Of a stretch of 63,287 bases of DNA, positions 39,165 through 52,190 are shown in pieces. The notes below the pieces were generated by a model. The model worked only from the letters and a program-made list of their open reading frames with translations, did not search any database and had not been told where the DNA came from. Location of the stretch: NCBI RefSeq assembly GCF_004010195.1, contig NC_057720.1, forward strand, positions 6,355,828 through 6,419,114, read 5' to 3'. This DNA is from Chiloscyllium plagiosum (lineage: Eukaryota). Numbering within the stretch: the first letter of the stretch is position 1; each line of letters begins with the position of its first letter. The translations under genes and the position numbers were made by a program.

Positions 39165-39965
39165 GTTTTGAGACTTGAAAGGGTTCAGAAAAGATCGACA
39201 AGAATGTTGCCAGGGTTGAAGGGTTTGAGCTCTAGGGAGAGGGAGATTAGGCTGGGGCTATTTTCCCTGGAGCATCAGAGGCTGACGGATGACATTATAG
39301 AGGTTTATAAAATCATAAGGGGCAAAGGATAGGGTGAATATAGGCACTCATCCACAGACTCTATCAACAAACACATCGACCTGGACCCAATATACCGGCC
39401 ACTACAGTGGACAGCTGGAACTGACAACCGGAAGCGGCAGAGACAGGCCACTATAAATGCCGGAGGGAACATCACAGAAGCGCTTCACAGGAGGCTCCCA
39501 AGCACTGAGGATGTCACCTAGACAGGGGACGAAACGTTTGCAAGACAAATTCCCAGCTCGGCGAACAGAACCACAATAACAAGCACCCGAGCTACAAATC
39601 TTCTCCCAAACTTTGAACATAGGGTGAATAGATAAGAAATTTTCCCTGGGGTGGCAGAGTGCCGAACTAGAGGGCGTAGGTTTAAGGTGAGAGGGGAAAG
39701 ATTTAAAAGGAACCTAAGGGGCAACTTTTTCACACAGAGGGTGATGTGTGTATGGAATGAGCTGCCAGAGGAAGTGGTGGAGGATGGTACAATTCCAACA
39801 TCTAAAAGGCATTTGGATAGGTACATGAATAAAAAGGGTTTAGAGGGATATAGGGCAAATGCTGGCAAATGCGACAAGGTTAATCTAGGATATCTGGTTG
39901 GCATGGTTGAGTTGGACCCAAGAGTCTGTTTTCATGCTGTACAGCTCCAGTACTCTATGACTCTC
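39165..39965 (+). mobile_element. CR1 (HER1-type) 3' fragment
   Basis: RTRGRRFKVRGERFKRNLRGNFFTQRVMCVWNELP; tail ctctatgactct. Confidence 0.88.
39341..39618 (+). mobile_element. PLE family B fragment with hammerhead motif at 39502-39541
   Basis: Close match to 1188-1429; GCA CTGAGGA...GAAAC GTT TGC; 12-bp TSD atagggtgaata (39329-39340, 39619-39630). Confidence 0.88.
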
Positions 39966-40699
39966 TTGCTGGTGGAAGCATGTCCTCCACATCCATTCTG
40001 TCCAGGCCTCTTGGTATTCTCTACATTTCAATCATCCTTCTAAGCTCCATCAAACACTGATTCAGAATCTTCAATCGCTCCTCATGTGACAAGCCCTTCA
40101 ACCCTGGGATCATTCTCGTAACTGATCTCCAGAACCCCTTCCAATGACAGACCATCGTTCCTTAGATATGGGGCCCAAAACTGATCTCAGTATTTCAGGT
40201 GGCCTGACAGGGCCTTATACAGCTTCAGTAGGACATCCCTGCTCTAGTATTCTTGCCCTCTTGAAATGAATGCTCACATTATATTTGCTGTCTTAACTGC
40301 CAACTGAGCCTGCACATTGCCCTTAACAGAACCCTGAACCAAGGCATCTCAAGTCCTTTGTGCTTCAGATTCGGAACCTTCCACTCTTTGGAAAATAGTC
40401 TATGGCTCTATTCCTCCGACCAAAGTGCATAACCTCATCTTTCCCACGTTGTGTTCCATCCACCACTTCATTGTCCACTCTCCTAGCCTGTTCAAATCAT
40501 TTGGCAGCATCCCAGCTTTCTCAACACTACCTGTCCCTCCACCTACCTTTATGTCACTTACAAACATCACAACAAAGCCTTTGGCCCAGACCATGAATGT
40601 ACAAAATTATGGTCCCAACACTGACCACAGTGAAACTCCATTAGTCACTGACTGCCATCCTGAAAAAGATCCCTTTATCCCCAGTGTCTGCTTTCTGCC

Positions 40700-41028
40700 A
40701 GTCAGTAAATCCTCTGTCTGTATCAGCCAATCCCCTATCTAGCCAGCCAATCCTCTATCCAATCAGCCAATCCTCTATTTGTGCTAGGCAATCCTCTAAC
40801 CAATCAGCCAATCCTCTATTTGTGACAGCCAATCCTCTATCTGCGCCAGCCAGTCCTCTATCCATGCCAGCCAATCCCCTATCCAGTCAGCCAAGCCTCT
40901 ATCAGTGCCAGCCAATCCTCTATTCAGTCAGCCAATCCTCTATCCAAGCCAACCAATTCTCGATCTGTGCTAGCCAATCTGCTATCCAATCAGCCAATCC
41001 TCTATCTGTGCTAGGCAATCCTCTAACC
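40700..41028. repeat. About 20-21-bp degenerate minisatellite (CAGCCAATCCTCTATC core); continues at 43549-43625
   Basis: Repeated cagccaatcctctat units on both sides of the hAT element. Confidence 0.85.
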
Positions 41029-41279
41029 CAGTGATGGGCAATTAATTCTTCCAAGTGGCCACATGAGAAACCTGAGTTGTGTTGGAGGGCCGAACCAACA
41101 ATAAGTTGAACATAATTCTGCTCAGTTTTAATTTTCTCCCATTGTAAAAAGTGCTAAATTATATATTTTTGCACTGAAACTTATAATCAAAAGAATAAGG
41201 ATATTCTGTTACAATAAAGATATGAAATTGTGGAGCAGGTCAAATATAGAAGAAATAAACAGTAAAAACAATAATTTCA

Positions 41280-43318
41280 GTATTTCATGAGGTGATCATC
41301 AGTGATAGAGGATCTGTATTTGGATTTGTTGAACTTCATCACTGAGAATGTCTGTTCGCATAAATAGGTAGATCCAAAGAGGACTAGAATCTTCTGAGCA
41401 TGCCTCCTCATGTGTGGAAAGTTCTCCACTTTGAGGGAAGAGTAAAAATCAAGCAGTGAGACTGACCTAAAATACTCTGCCAGAAGTGTGTGAGACTGCA
41501 GGTCAATGAGTTCAAACTGAACATCACTAGGTGCATTCTCCACATTGCATGTAAATGGGGAAAAAATCATGTGCATTTCATTCTCAACCGTTTTAAAGTC
41601 TTGAAATCGCCTTGAAGATTCACCATGCAGTGCCTCTAAAATAGATGAGTACCTGTGGGAGGTGATCAGCTGAAGGTGCGGCTTCCTTCAGTGTTGGCAA
41701 GTGGGTGAGAATGTTGTCCTCCATTTGGCTTGAGAGAAGCTGCAACTTTCTCATAAAAGCCTTCGCCAAGTTGTACATTTCATGCACAAAAAGGCCCGTG
41801 CACTGGGCTTCACATTTAGTTCATTCAAAAGTACAATCACATTAACAGCAAAACCAAGGTCTGCAATCCAGTCTGCATCTGAAAGTTGTGGAATGCCGTT
41901 CCCTTTCTTCACACAGAAATCTTGAATCTCTTCTCTCAGGTCCCATATACTTTTCAGCATTTTGCCCAGGCTGAGCCACCTGACTGCTGTGTGGTAGCCT
42001 ATGTCACAATGTTCAGTCTCATTTTCCTCCAAAAGTGCAACAAACTGCCTGTGATTCAAAGCTCTTGCCCTGAAGAAGTTAACTATTTTAGTTACAACAT
42101 CAACCACATGGTTCATTTTTAACACTGTGGCTGAAGAGCTTCAGGGCAAAGGAGATGACCTGGGGTGTGCAGTGAGAGAGGGACTCACTGAAATCCTTGT
42201 AGAGGGAGGAAGAGAGCTTCTTCAAGGAAGGCATCCTTGCAAGAGGATTCGCAGTAGGTTAAAATCAACTAGGAGAAAGTGAGGACTGCAGATGCTGGAG
42301 GTCAGAGCTGAAAAATGTGTTGCTGGAAAAGCGCAGCAGGTCAGGCAGCATCAAAGGAGCAGGAGAATCGACGTTTCGGGCATAAGCCCTTCTTCAGGTC
42401 CTGCATCTGCAGTCCTCACTTTCTCCTAATTTTTAACACTGACTTACACAACACTTCCGGATGTGTAATACAATGCAAAAATACCAATTTCTGTTCAGGG
42501 TCAATTTCTGTCACTTTATCCTGCATTCTTTTTAAGAGTCCAACATTTTTTCCCATTAGATTTGGACAACCATCCGTTGTCACACCCGCCAGCTTGTCCC
42601 ATTTTAGTCCCAACGTGTCTAAACATGCATTTACCTCCGTGAACAAGTCATTACCAGTTGTTGTTCCTTTCATTGGCTGCATGGCTGCCAGCTCCTCCTT
42701 GATTTTAAAGTCCGTAGTTATCCCATGTCCGAAGATGAGTCGCTGGGCTGTGTCACGTACGTTGCAGCTCTCATCCAAAGCCAAGGAAAAAAGTCAAAGT
42801 TGACCGCTCTGTGCTGTAGCTGAAGCTCCAGATTTCTTGCGATGACCCTAATCCTTCTCATTACAGTGCATCGGGAGAGGGGCACATTCTCAAATGCCTC
42901 CTTTTTCTCCGGGCATATTAGTTCTGCAGAGTCCAACAAGCACTCCTTAATAAACTCTCCATCAGAAAACGGTTTACTGTTTCTGGCGATTTTGTGGGAT
43001 ATGACATAGCTTGTCTTCACAGCTGCATCTCTGGATATGTGAAGTTTAGTAAAAAGTCTTTTGCTGGTTATGCAGCTTAGCGAGCAAAGCATCTGACTCC
43101 CTTGCCCGCTCTTTATCAGACAAGTTGTTATACTTCTCAGCGCGGTTGGTCACGTTATGGCAATTCAAATTATAATCCTTGAACACAGCGACCTGTGCAC
43201 CACAAACCAAGCACACGGCTTTACCTCTGATTTCTGTGAATAAATATCTAGCAGTGCATGTCTTGTTAAAAACGCGGCATTCCGAATCAACCTTCCTTTT
43301 TTTGGTGTGAGCTGACAT
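41280..43318 (-). pseudogene. hAT transposase (GTF2IRD2/SPIN-like), frameshifted and interrupted
   Basis: MSAHTKKRKVDSECRVF, BED-type finger CLVC, KPFSDGEFIKEC, ALDES, TTDGCPN, HCITH, VRWLSLG, FGSTYLCEQTFS. Confidence 0.92.
42128..42428 (-). mobile_element. PLE family A insertion in the transposase, with intact hammerhead core at 42366-42398
   Basis: 13-bp TSD atttttaacactg (42115-42127, 42429-42441); removing it restores EVLCKSVLKMNHVV; short inverted end at about 42403-42428. Confidence 0.88.
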
Positions 43319-43717
43319 TTTGGGGGCGAGCCAGCAAGCATCACTTTGAGTTGTCCACGCACACACATGTGCGTCCATACGTAAATAAAAAAGCAACCTT
43401 TCCAAAACAAAAGCAACACAGTTGTATTGCGTGCATGGCGTAAATACTTTTTCATTTATGTTCTAATTTAAGATTGACCTCATGTGGGCCGGACAGGAAG
43501 GAACAAAGGGCCGGATATGGCCCACGGGACGTAAAATGCCCATGTCTACTCTAATCAATCAGCCAATCCTCTATCCGATCAGCAATCCCCAATTCGTGCC
43601 AGTCAATCTTCTATCTGTGCCAGCACCTGGGGTATTCATGCAGTCTTGGTCTTCTAATCTAAGCATGGAAAAACCGACTGCACAGAGGGGTGCAGCAGAG
43701 TTTCACTTGGCTAATAC

Positions 43718-43836
43718 TTCCTGTCCAAAACGTCAATTTTCCTGCTCCTCGGAAGCTGCCTGACCTGCTGTGCTTTTCCAGCACCACTCTAATCTTGACT
43801 CTAATCTCCAGCATCTGCAGTACTCACTTTCGCCTA
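43718..43836 (+). mobile_element. Short PLE family A element inside a CR1 fragment
   Basis: Starts within stem II; ctaatac is repeated at both edges. Confidence 0.7.
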
Positions 43837-43959
43837 ATACCAGGGATGTCTTATAAGGAGAGACTGGTTTGACTGGGTCTGTATTCACTAGATGTTGAGA
43901 AGGAGTTAGAGGATCAGCCATGATCTTATTGAATTGTGTAACAGCCTCTAAGGACCTCT

Positions 43960-44395
43960 CTCTTACCTTTCCGATAACTTAAGAAAACTCTTGCAATCTT
44001 TCTTTCTATTACGATGTTGCTTACTCTCATTTTTCATCTTGTCTCCTCTTGTTGCTTTTTTTGTTATCCTCTCCTGGTTTTTAAAGGCCACCCAATCTTT
44101 TGGCTTCTCTCTAACATTCAGCACATTGTCTGCCTTTTCTTTTGCTTTTCTGCTGACCCTGACTTCCCTCATTAACTAAGATTGCCTCATCCACCCTTTA
44201 TTATGTTTCTTCTTCCTCGGGATGAGTTTCTGCTGTGCCTCCCGATTTGTCCCCAGAAACCCATGCCATTGCTGCTCCACCATCTTCCCTACTCGGCTCC
44301 CCTTCCAATCAACTCTGGCCAGCTCCTCCCTCGTGTCTTTGTAGTTACTTTTACTCAATTGTGATGCTGTTACATTTCATTCCAGCTTTGTGGTT
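43960..44395 (-). mobile_element. CR1 ORF2 linker fragment
   Basis: Minus frames SKSNYKDTREELARVDW and KPKDWVAFKNQ. Confidence 0.7.
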
Positions 44396-44749
44396 TTGCT
44401 CTCCTTCACATTTTCCTACAGTATACACCATTTGCCAACTTTTTGCTCACTTACTTAATCTATCAATATCTCTGTGTACCCTGTGAGTATTCCTCTCTCA
44501 ATCTGCCTTTCCATCTAGTCTAGTGTCACCTGGCTACAGTACATGCACTTCCCCTAAGTCATTAATGTATAATGTAAACAGCTGCAGGTCTAGCGTTGAT
44601 CCCTATGAAACACTAATGGTCACGGGTCATCAACCTGAAGGACCCTGCGTCCCCACTCGCCATTTCCTGCCCATGTGGTGATTCTTTATCTGAGATGTTA
44701 TCTCCATGTCAGCTGGGATGGATTACACACCTACTTCCCCTTCCTATAC

Positions 44750-44878
44750 TCAGCCAATCCTCTATCCAGTGAGCCAATCCTCTATCCATGCTAGCCCATC
44801 CTCTATCCATGCCAGCCAATCCCCAATCCATGCCAGCCAATCCTCTATCCATGGATTGGCTGGCATGGATAGAGATTT
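44750..44878. repeat. Second CAGCCAATCCTCTATC array ending in a foldback
   Basis: About 5 units, then the inverted ggattggctggcatggatagag. Confidence 0.8.
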
Positions 44879-45724
44879 CTGAGGGTGAGACCTGCCCTTG
44901 GGAGGAGAACTGAAGGTAAAGAAGACTAGGTGCCAATCTTATGTTTAAGAGCTCCAGAGTCTTGTCTCTCCATTAACCTATGAAATGTCGAACATATTTT
45001 AACCACCTTTATTACATCTCCCTCAACGACTCTGTTTTTGAGAAAAGAACCCAACTGGTTTAGTCTGAGAGTTTGTGCTGTTTTCTCATGGAAACACAGG
45101 GTCTGTCTGCCCAAGTGATCCTTCTTTCACACATAGCAGCACATGCAGACAAGGGAATAATAATAGAAGAAAACAAAATAGGTTCAGAGTAAAGCTTTTC
45201 TGGGCTAAGACTATTTCTGTAAAAAAGCAAATCTGTGAGTTATTCCTTTTTCCTGAATTTAACCGCTATTTGGCCAAAGTACTTATAAGACAACACATTG
45301 GAAAGTTTTTTTATATTTCTTTCCCCTGGCTTGGATCCTTCCTAAAACAGTTGGAACAGGGGATTTAACTATTTTCAATGGGGCCTCTTTGTTTGTTGCA
45401 CAGCATGTATGCAGTTTGGCAGCTTTATGAGATTGTTAGGAGCTTAATTTCTTTCAAGGACATTTTGTAAGCTTCCCATTGCTATTTCATAGCTCCTGAC
45501 ATATGTTCACATTGGATGCTGTGTACGTGGTTATGCAAAATAAATGGCAGCAACTTGGGAATATGAGGGGGTGTGACAGGGTCATAGGGTATAGAAAGGG
45601 GATGGAGGATATGACGGAAGATGAGGAGGATGAGAGTTGAGAATTAGGGACATAAGAGCAACACAGCGAGGTCATCTGGTGATTCCATGATGATGTCAAG
45701 TCTTCTGTCCACCGACTTGGACAT

Positions 45725-46783
45725 GGTGAGAACTGTAGGTGCTGGAGAGCCAGGCTGGATAAAGTGTGGAGCTGGAAAAAGCACAGCAGGTCAAGCAGCA
45801 TCAGAGGAGAAGGGGAGTCAACATTTCAGGTCGCGACCTTTCATCAGGACTGCGGGATGGCTGCAAAATAAATGGGAACATTAGGTGCGATAGTGATAGG
45901 TGAATGCAGGTAGAGGATGGCAGTGGTTGGGTGTGAGTGGTTGGGTGTGAAGGAAGGATAGACAGGTAGGGTCAGGCTAAGGGGATAGAGCGTTGAGAGA
46001 GGGCTGGGCCTGGGATGAGATGGGGGTATGGTGAATTATATTTTAAGGCTGCAGGGTTGTAAGGTCCTGAGGTGGAAGATGAAGTGCTCTTCCTCCAGTT
46101 TGCGTGTGACCTTGGTTTGACGGTAGAGAAGGCCCAGGATGGACATGTTGTTAGGGGAGTGGGAAGGGGAGTTGAAATGGATAGCAAACAGAAGGTGGTG
46201 TTGATTGGAGCTTACAGACCATACATGTTCCCTGAACCAGTTCCTGAGTTTGCACTCGGTCTCCCCGATATAGAGGAGACCACATCAGGAGCACCGAATG
46301 CAGTAAATCAGGTTAGAGGGAATGCAGGTGAATCTCTGTCCGACTTGGAATATTCTTTGGGGCTTTGGACGGAGGTGAGGGGGGGGTGGGAGATGTGGAG
46401 GCAGGTTGTGTATCTCCTGTGGCCGCAGGGGAAATTTTCAGGTATGGAGGAGGGGTTGGTGGGTAGTGTGAACCTAATGAGGGAGTCCCTGAGGAACAGT
46501 CCCTGTGAAAAATGGATAATAGTGGGGAGGGAAATGTCATTTTGTTGGTGGTTTCAAGCTACAGGTGACAGAGTGACAGAGGGTGATGCGTTGGGCTTGG
46601 AGATTAGTGCGGTGGAAGGTGAGAACCAGAGGGACTCTATCCTTGATGTGGTTGTGGGGTGGGTGGGTTTGGTTTGAGGGCAGAGGTGCAGAAAATGGAG
46701 GAGATGCAGTTGAGGGCATTGTTGATGACGGGGAGGGGAAATTGCAGTCCTTGAAGTACGAGGACACCTGGGATGTCCTGTAG
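45725..46783 (-). mobile_element. Penelope-like (Neptune-type) element: post-RT region, Cys linker, GIY-YIG endonuclease and pLTR
   Basis: Minus frames KDRVPLVLTFH and FTCIPSNLIYCIRCS*CGLLYIGETECKLRNWFREH; terminal motif GTC CTGATGA A AGGTC-GC-GACCT GAAAT GTT GAC at 45817-45850. Confidence 0.9.
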
Positions 46784-46798
46784 GTCCACTGACACTGC

Positions 46799-46985
46799 CA
46801 GAAGTCACATGACACCAGGTTATCGTCCAACAGGTTTATTTGAAATCACAAGCTTTCAGACCGCTGATCCTTTGTCACTTTGACTTCACCCGATGAAGAA
46901 GCAATGCTCCGAAAGCTTGTGATTTCAAATAAACTTGTTGGACTATAACCTGGTGCTGTGTGACTTCTGACCTTGTCCAACCCAA
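46799..46985. mobile_element. Palindromic PLE family C terminus pair
   Basis: 46799-46857 is an inverted copy of about 46911-46969; the plus copy has a mutated core (CCGATGA). Confidence 0.78.
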
Positions 46986-49112
46986 TCGAACACTAGCACC
47001 TCCCCATCATGACTGACAGTGCCTCAGACCTTGCCTTCTGAAATGTCCGAGCAATCATCAGTTCAAGGGCAAATGGTAATGGACAACCAATGCTGGTCTT
47101 GCTAGTGACTCTGACATCCAACGTCCGTGGGGAACGCTCATTAATCTCCCTGTGCAGCTCATTGAGTATGTGTTTCCATAGTAACAGACAATGGCATTCC
47201 CACCTGAACTCATCACCTGAACCCTTTATAAAGCAGACCAAAGGATAGATCTCAGAATTGTCTGTCCCGCGCTAGGACTAGCCTATGTATGCCAAGTGAA
47301 CTGACTCTATTTTGTTGTTCAACAATAAGTAACGTTCCTTTCCAGTCAGGCTTCCTGAGCTATCATGGAAAGAAAGTGTTTAAAAAAGAAACTAGGGAGA
47401 TTGAACTGGACTGGATTCTCACCACTTTGACAAAAACAAAATTGATAATTAGTGCAGAGATTCAGGCAGTAACTACTGAGCACTGTGATGGGAGTCTGGT
47501 AGCTCACAGCAATAATCTCCTGGTAATGGCTCCCCAAGAAAAAGCAATCAGCAGTGATTCTCAATCTCAGTGGAGTAAGATCTCAAACAGAGCCGCTGTG
47601 AAATTACTTCTCACTGTTCGGACAGACTGGGAAACCTGCACATTTGTTAAGTCTTCCAAGACTTGCCTGGAATAGATGGAAGTGAGTTTATAATTCACCG
47701 TCTTGTGAATTCTGGCCAAACATCTTTTGCAACCACTTCCCCTCATCTTCCCTCTGACTCTTTCAGACACAGTTCCTGTTGTCCCAGATAGCCAATCACT
47801 TATAGTATCGTGCCCAGCTATTGTTTGGTGTGGGAGATGACCACTATCAATTTATCAGCCTTCATCCTTGGCAATTTCCTTATTTTATCTTTGATGCACA
47901 GTAATGCCATGTTTTCCAGTTCATTAGTGGGAGAGATATAGACAGACATAGTTCTTGGGGTTAAAAGGATTAAAGTCTATGGAGTGAAAGCAGGAACAGG
48001 GGAGTAGGATGGATGATCAATCATGATCCTATTGAATAACAGAGCAGGCTTAAAGGCCAAATAGTTGACTCCTGATCCTATCTTTTATGTTTGTATGATG
48101 TGAGTGTCATTAGCAAGGTCCATGATTGCCCTTGACAAGTTGAGAGGGTTCTAGTTTCTAGAAATGGCTGTAGTCAGTGTGGTGTATGTTCATCCACGGG
48201 ACCACTAGGGAGGGAAAGTACAGGTTCTGAGCCAGTAACAATGAAGGATCACCAATGTAATTCTAAACACGGAAGGTTTGAGTCTTGGAGGGAAACTTAT
48301 GGTGATGATATTCATATAGTTATGCAAGCCGTGTTCCAATCTTGAAAGGTGCTGTTGATGAGCTGTTAAAGTGCATCTGGAGATGGTACATGTTGTTGCC
48401 ATGGTGTGCCACACGGGGGTGGTGAAAGGACACAGGTTGGAGGGGGTTGGGGCGGGAGAGAGTGAATGTTTAAAATGGTGGATGGTTGGTGATAAGAGGG
48501 TTCCTTGATTTTGATAACTTTTTTCTGAGTTTTTCAAGTTGCACGCACGCAAGCAAGTGGAGAGTGTTCTATCACTTGACTCACATCTTATACAAAGTGG
48601 ACAGGCATTAGAGACACAGGAGCTGAGTTACTCCCTGCAGGATTTGCAGAATGTAACTTGTTTTCACAGCCACTGTAATTAAATAGCAGGCACTGCTCAG
48701 TATCTGATCATTCCCACGATGCTGATCGTAAGGGATTCAATGTTTAGGTAATGAATTACTTGCAAATTTAAGTAAGACCATGTGTTTTTGTTAAAATGTA
48801 AAATAAAGAACATGCAAGTCAAAATTAGCGAGGAATGTAAATTCTGAGATAATAATTCAGTGACTGTGTGAAAGAATGCTTGTATGCATTCTATTCAGTC
48901 CCAACAGAGACCATGGAATCTTGCATTTGGGAGGGTGTTAAGAAACTTCAGATGGAGATACTTCAGAGGAAGAGATGCCATGCAAAATTGAACTGAAAAC
49001 TCCTGTGTTTGCAGAATAACAGAGACCAATTCAACAAAAAATCATCTCTTATGTACTATGTCCCAGACTGTGGACAAGATGTGAGGTAAAAGAAAGGGTT
49101 TATAATCATCTT

Positions 49113-50385
49113 GATGAGGGATAGTCAACATGGTTTTGTGTTGGGTAGGTTGTGCCTCACTAACCTTATTGAGTTCTTTGAGAAGCTGACAAAACAGGTG
49201 GATGAAGGTAAAGTGGTTGATGTGGTGTATATGGTCTTCAGCAAGGCATTTGATAAGGTTCTGCATGGTAAGCCATTGCACAAAATATGGAGTTTTGGGA
49301 TTGAAGGTGATTTAGCAGTTTTGGATCAGATGTTGGCTAGCTGAAAGAAGACAGAGGGAAGTGGTGATGGGAAATGTTCATCCTGGAGCTCAGTTACCAG
49401 TGGTGTGCCGCAAAGATCTGTTTTGGGCCACTGCTGTTTGTCACTTTTAGAAGTGATTTGGATGTGGGTGTAGAAGGATGGATTAGTAAATTTGTGGATG
49501 ACACTAAGGTAGGCAGAATTGTGAATAGTGCCGAAGGATGTTGTGGGTTACAGAGGGACATAGATAAGATGCAGAGCTGGACTGATAAGTGGCAAATGGA
49601 GTTTAATGCGGAAAAGTGTGAGGTTGTTCGCTTTGGAAGAGGAATACAGAGTTCTGGCCTAATGGTAAAATTCTTGGCAATGTGGATGAACAGAGAGATC
49701 TGTGTCTAGGTGCATAAATCCCTGAAAGTTGCCACCCAGGTAAATAGGGTTGTTAAGAATGCAAATGGTGTGCTGGTGTTTATCGGTAGGGGGATTGAGT
49801 TTTGGAGCCATGAGGTCATGCTTCAGCTGTACAAGACGCTGGTAAGGCCGCACCTGGAGTATTGCGTGCAGTTCCCGGTGATGCATTATAGGAAGGATGT
49901 GGAAGCTTTGGAAAGGGTTCAAAGGAGATTTACGAGGACGTTGCCTGGTGTGGAGGGAAGGTCTTATGCGGAAATGTTGCGGAACTAATGCTGTTTTCAG
50001 TGGAGAGAAGAAGATTGAGAGGCGACTTAATTGAGATGTATAAGATAATCAGAGGATTCGATAGGGTGGACAATGAAAGCCTTTTTCCTCGGATGGTGAA
50101 GGCTAACATGAGGGAACATAGCTTTAAATTGAGGGGTGATAGATTTAGGACAGATGTCAGAGGTAGTTTCTTAACTCTGAGAGTAGTAGGGGTGTGGAAC
50201 ATCCTGCCTGCAACAGTAGTAAACTCGCTGATGTTAATGGCATTTAAATGGGCATTGGACAGACATTTGGATAATAATGGAACGGTGTAGGTTAGGGCAT
50301 CAGATTACTTTCACAGGCCAGTGCAACACTGAGGGCCGAAGGGCTTGTACTGCATGATAACATTCTATGTTCTATGCTCTATGTT
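49113..50385 (+). mobile_element. 5'-truncated CR1 LINE
   Basis: [31 protein letters not shown]; (TTCTATG)n tail; similar to 34075-35097. Confidence 0.92.
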
Positions 50386-50451
50386 CAAAAGCATTTCTGA
50401 ATGAAAGACTTGTTTGTGATTTTCCTTTCCAAATATGCACAAGAGAAGGAG

Positions 50452-50710
50452 CAGAATGGTGGCTCAGTTGATAGCACTGCTGCCTCATAGTGCCAGGGAC
50501 CTGGGCTTGATTCCACCCTTGGAGTTTGCTAATTCTCTCCATGTCTGCATGGGTTTCCTCCCACAGTCCAAAGATGTGCAGGTTACGTAGATTGGCCATG
50601 GGGATTTCAGAGTTACAGAGATCGGATAAGGAGATAGGTTTGGGTGGGATGTTTTGTGGACCTGATGGGCTGAATGGCCCGTTTCCACCCTGGAAGGACT
50701 CTATAATGAG
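50452..50710 (+). mobile_element. HE1 V-SINE with internal deletions
   Basis: Head, partial V-domain and tail. Confidence 0.8.
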
Positions 50711-52054
50711 TTAAGAAAACAACTACAGCCTAGCTTGGTGTTCTAGGTCTATTGGTGCTGGTGCGTGCTTGATGAAGGACATCCATTATACAATCCCATG
50801 CGTACAGATAAAGAAAAAAGTCTCTCTCTTTCTTGACTATTGTTAGAAACCATTGAAAAGGAAATGAGCCATTGTTGGAATGGAAATAAGACAACACCCT
50901 TTGGCTAATTTACAGAAGCAAGAATCTCCACATCAATTGCTCAACTGCCAGAGTCAGTGTAATTGGAAACACCCAAACCTCAATGTTTCATTATCTACTC
51001 CTTATGGGCAATGAAAGGCTAATTCATGTATCTTTTATCTCTTGTGTTTTTCCTCATTTCTCATTTCTAATCTGGGTGTAAAAATGTTGCATTGTATTAT
51101 TTCTTTTTATGTTTTACTAACTAATGAGCTCATTCTTTCCTTAACGCAGAAAGCCTAATTAAATTGGCTTCCTTTAATACATAATTTTTAAAAATCACAT
51201 TGCAACTGGGAGAGGTACCATGAAGGAAGGATTCCCTTATGCTGGAATGACTTTGTTGTTGCTAGTTAAGGCACCTTCGGCATGGGGGGTTGTTAATAAA
51301 ACTACACAACCATGAGGCATAAGAGAAGAGGTAGGCCAGTCAGCCCATCATGTCTGCTACACCATTCAATGAGATCATGACTGATATATGTATGCAAGTG
51401 TATGTATGCATGTGTGTGTCCACACATGAGTTCAGTCTGGGTTGAATATGAGAGTTCTGATATGGCACAGCACTTCCCACCTCTAAGAAATGGTACCTAT
51501 GACCACTTGCACATTGATAAGAAGGAACCCTCTTCTGGTCATGAACTTAGCAGCATTATAATATGGTCTTCTCAACACTATGTATGTGCAGTCTGTACGA
51601 CCCTGCACTCAGAGGGAGGGTAAGCCAGAATGTTGGCAGATCCTATTGCAGCATTGGCCTTTTTGTGAGCAACAGGATGCGACTGAACTACACAAATGGC
51701 ATTGCTGACAGCCCTAATCCTGTTGATCAGGGACAATTCAGAGATCCTACTCAGGGGTTCCTCAGAAAGAGCTCATTGCTTAGATGTTCAGTATAGCTGC
51801 AGCTTGATGGCCACTGGTTTAGCATGGGCACCCACTTCTCAAGGTCACAGCTCCCATTCCAGCACTTGGCACACTTCCCTGACAGTGTCTGGGGACATCC
51901 TCGATCTATAGGCACACCGTGCCCTGCTTAACTGGAGAAAATGGCTTTGAGGGGGATAAACCCTGGACTCCCGGTGACTCCTGTACATCCTGAGGGGATC
52001 CTGACCAGCGACCTCTTCTTGCAGATTTGCCGAGCGTGATTTTGAAGCAAGAAA

Positions 52055-52190
52055 AACAACAGGGAACTGCAGATGCTGGAAGTCAAAAATACTAACAGAA
52101 ATTGCTGGAGAAACTCAGCAGGTCTGGCAGCATCCATAGATAGAAAGCAGGGTTGACATTTCGAATGCAGTGACCCATCATCGGAACTGT
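52055..52190 (-). mobile_element. Older PLE-type terminus related to family A (others near 24795-24925, 27200-27280, 56550-56655)
   Basis: gatgctgccagacctgctgagtttctccagca on the minus strand with a decayed hammerhead-like head. Confidence 0.6.

Larger units (their letters stand above)
38885..40720 (-). mobile_element. Older CR1-group LINE (RT to 3' end) hosting nested insertions
   Basis: Minus frame FVSDIKVGG...LNRLGEW...MEHNVGK; antisense 3' UTR at 38885-39150. Confidence 0.75.
41029..43548 (-). mobile_element. hAT DNA transposon (Buster/SPIN-like), full-length but decayed
   Basis: Imperfect TIRs cagtgatgggca / tgcccatgtcta; 8-bp TSD ctctaacc / ctctaatc; transposase remnants on the minus strand. 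Confidence 0.92.

Noticed and set aside
46072..46677. 201-aa plus-strand ORF
   Set aside because: Antisense shadow of the PLE endonuclease region.
47425..47495. V(D)J recombination signal (cactgtg heptamer, acaaaaaca nonamer-like)
   Set aside because: Nonamer orientation and spacing do not fit a 12/23 RSS, and no V or J coding segment is adjacent.
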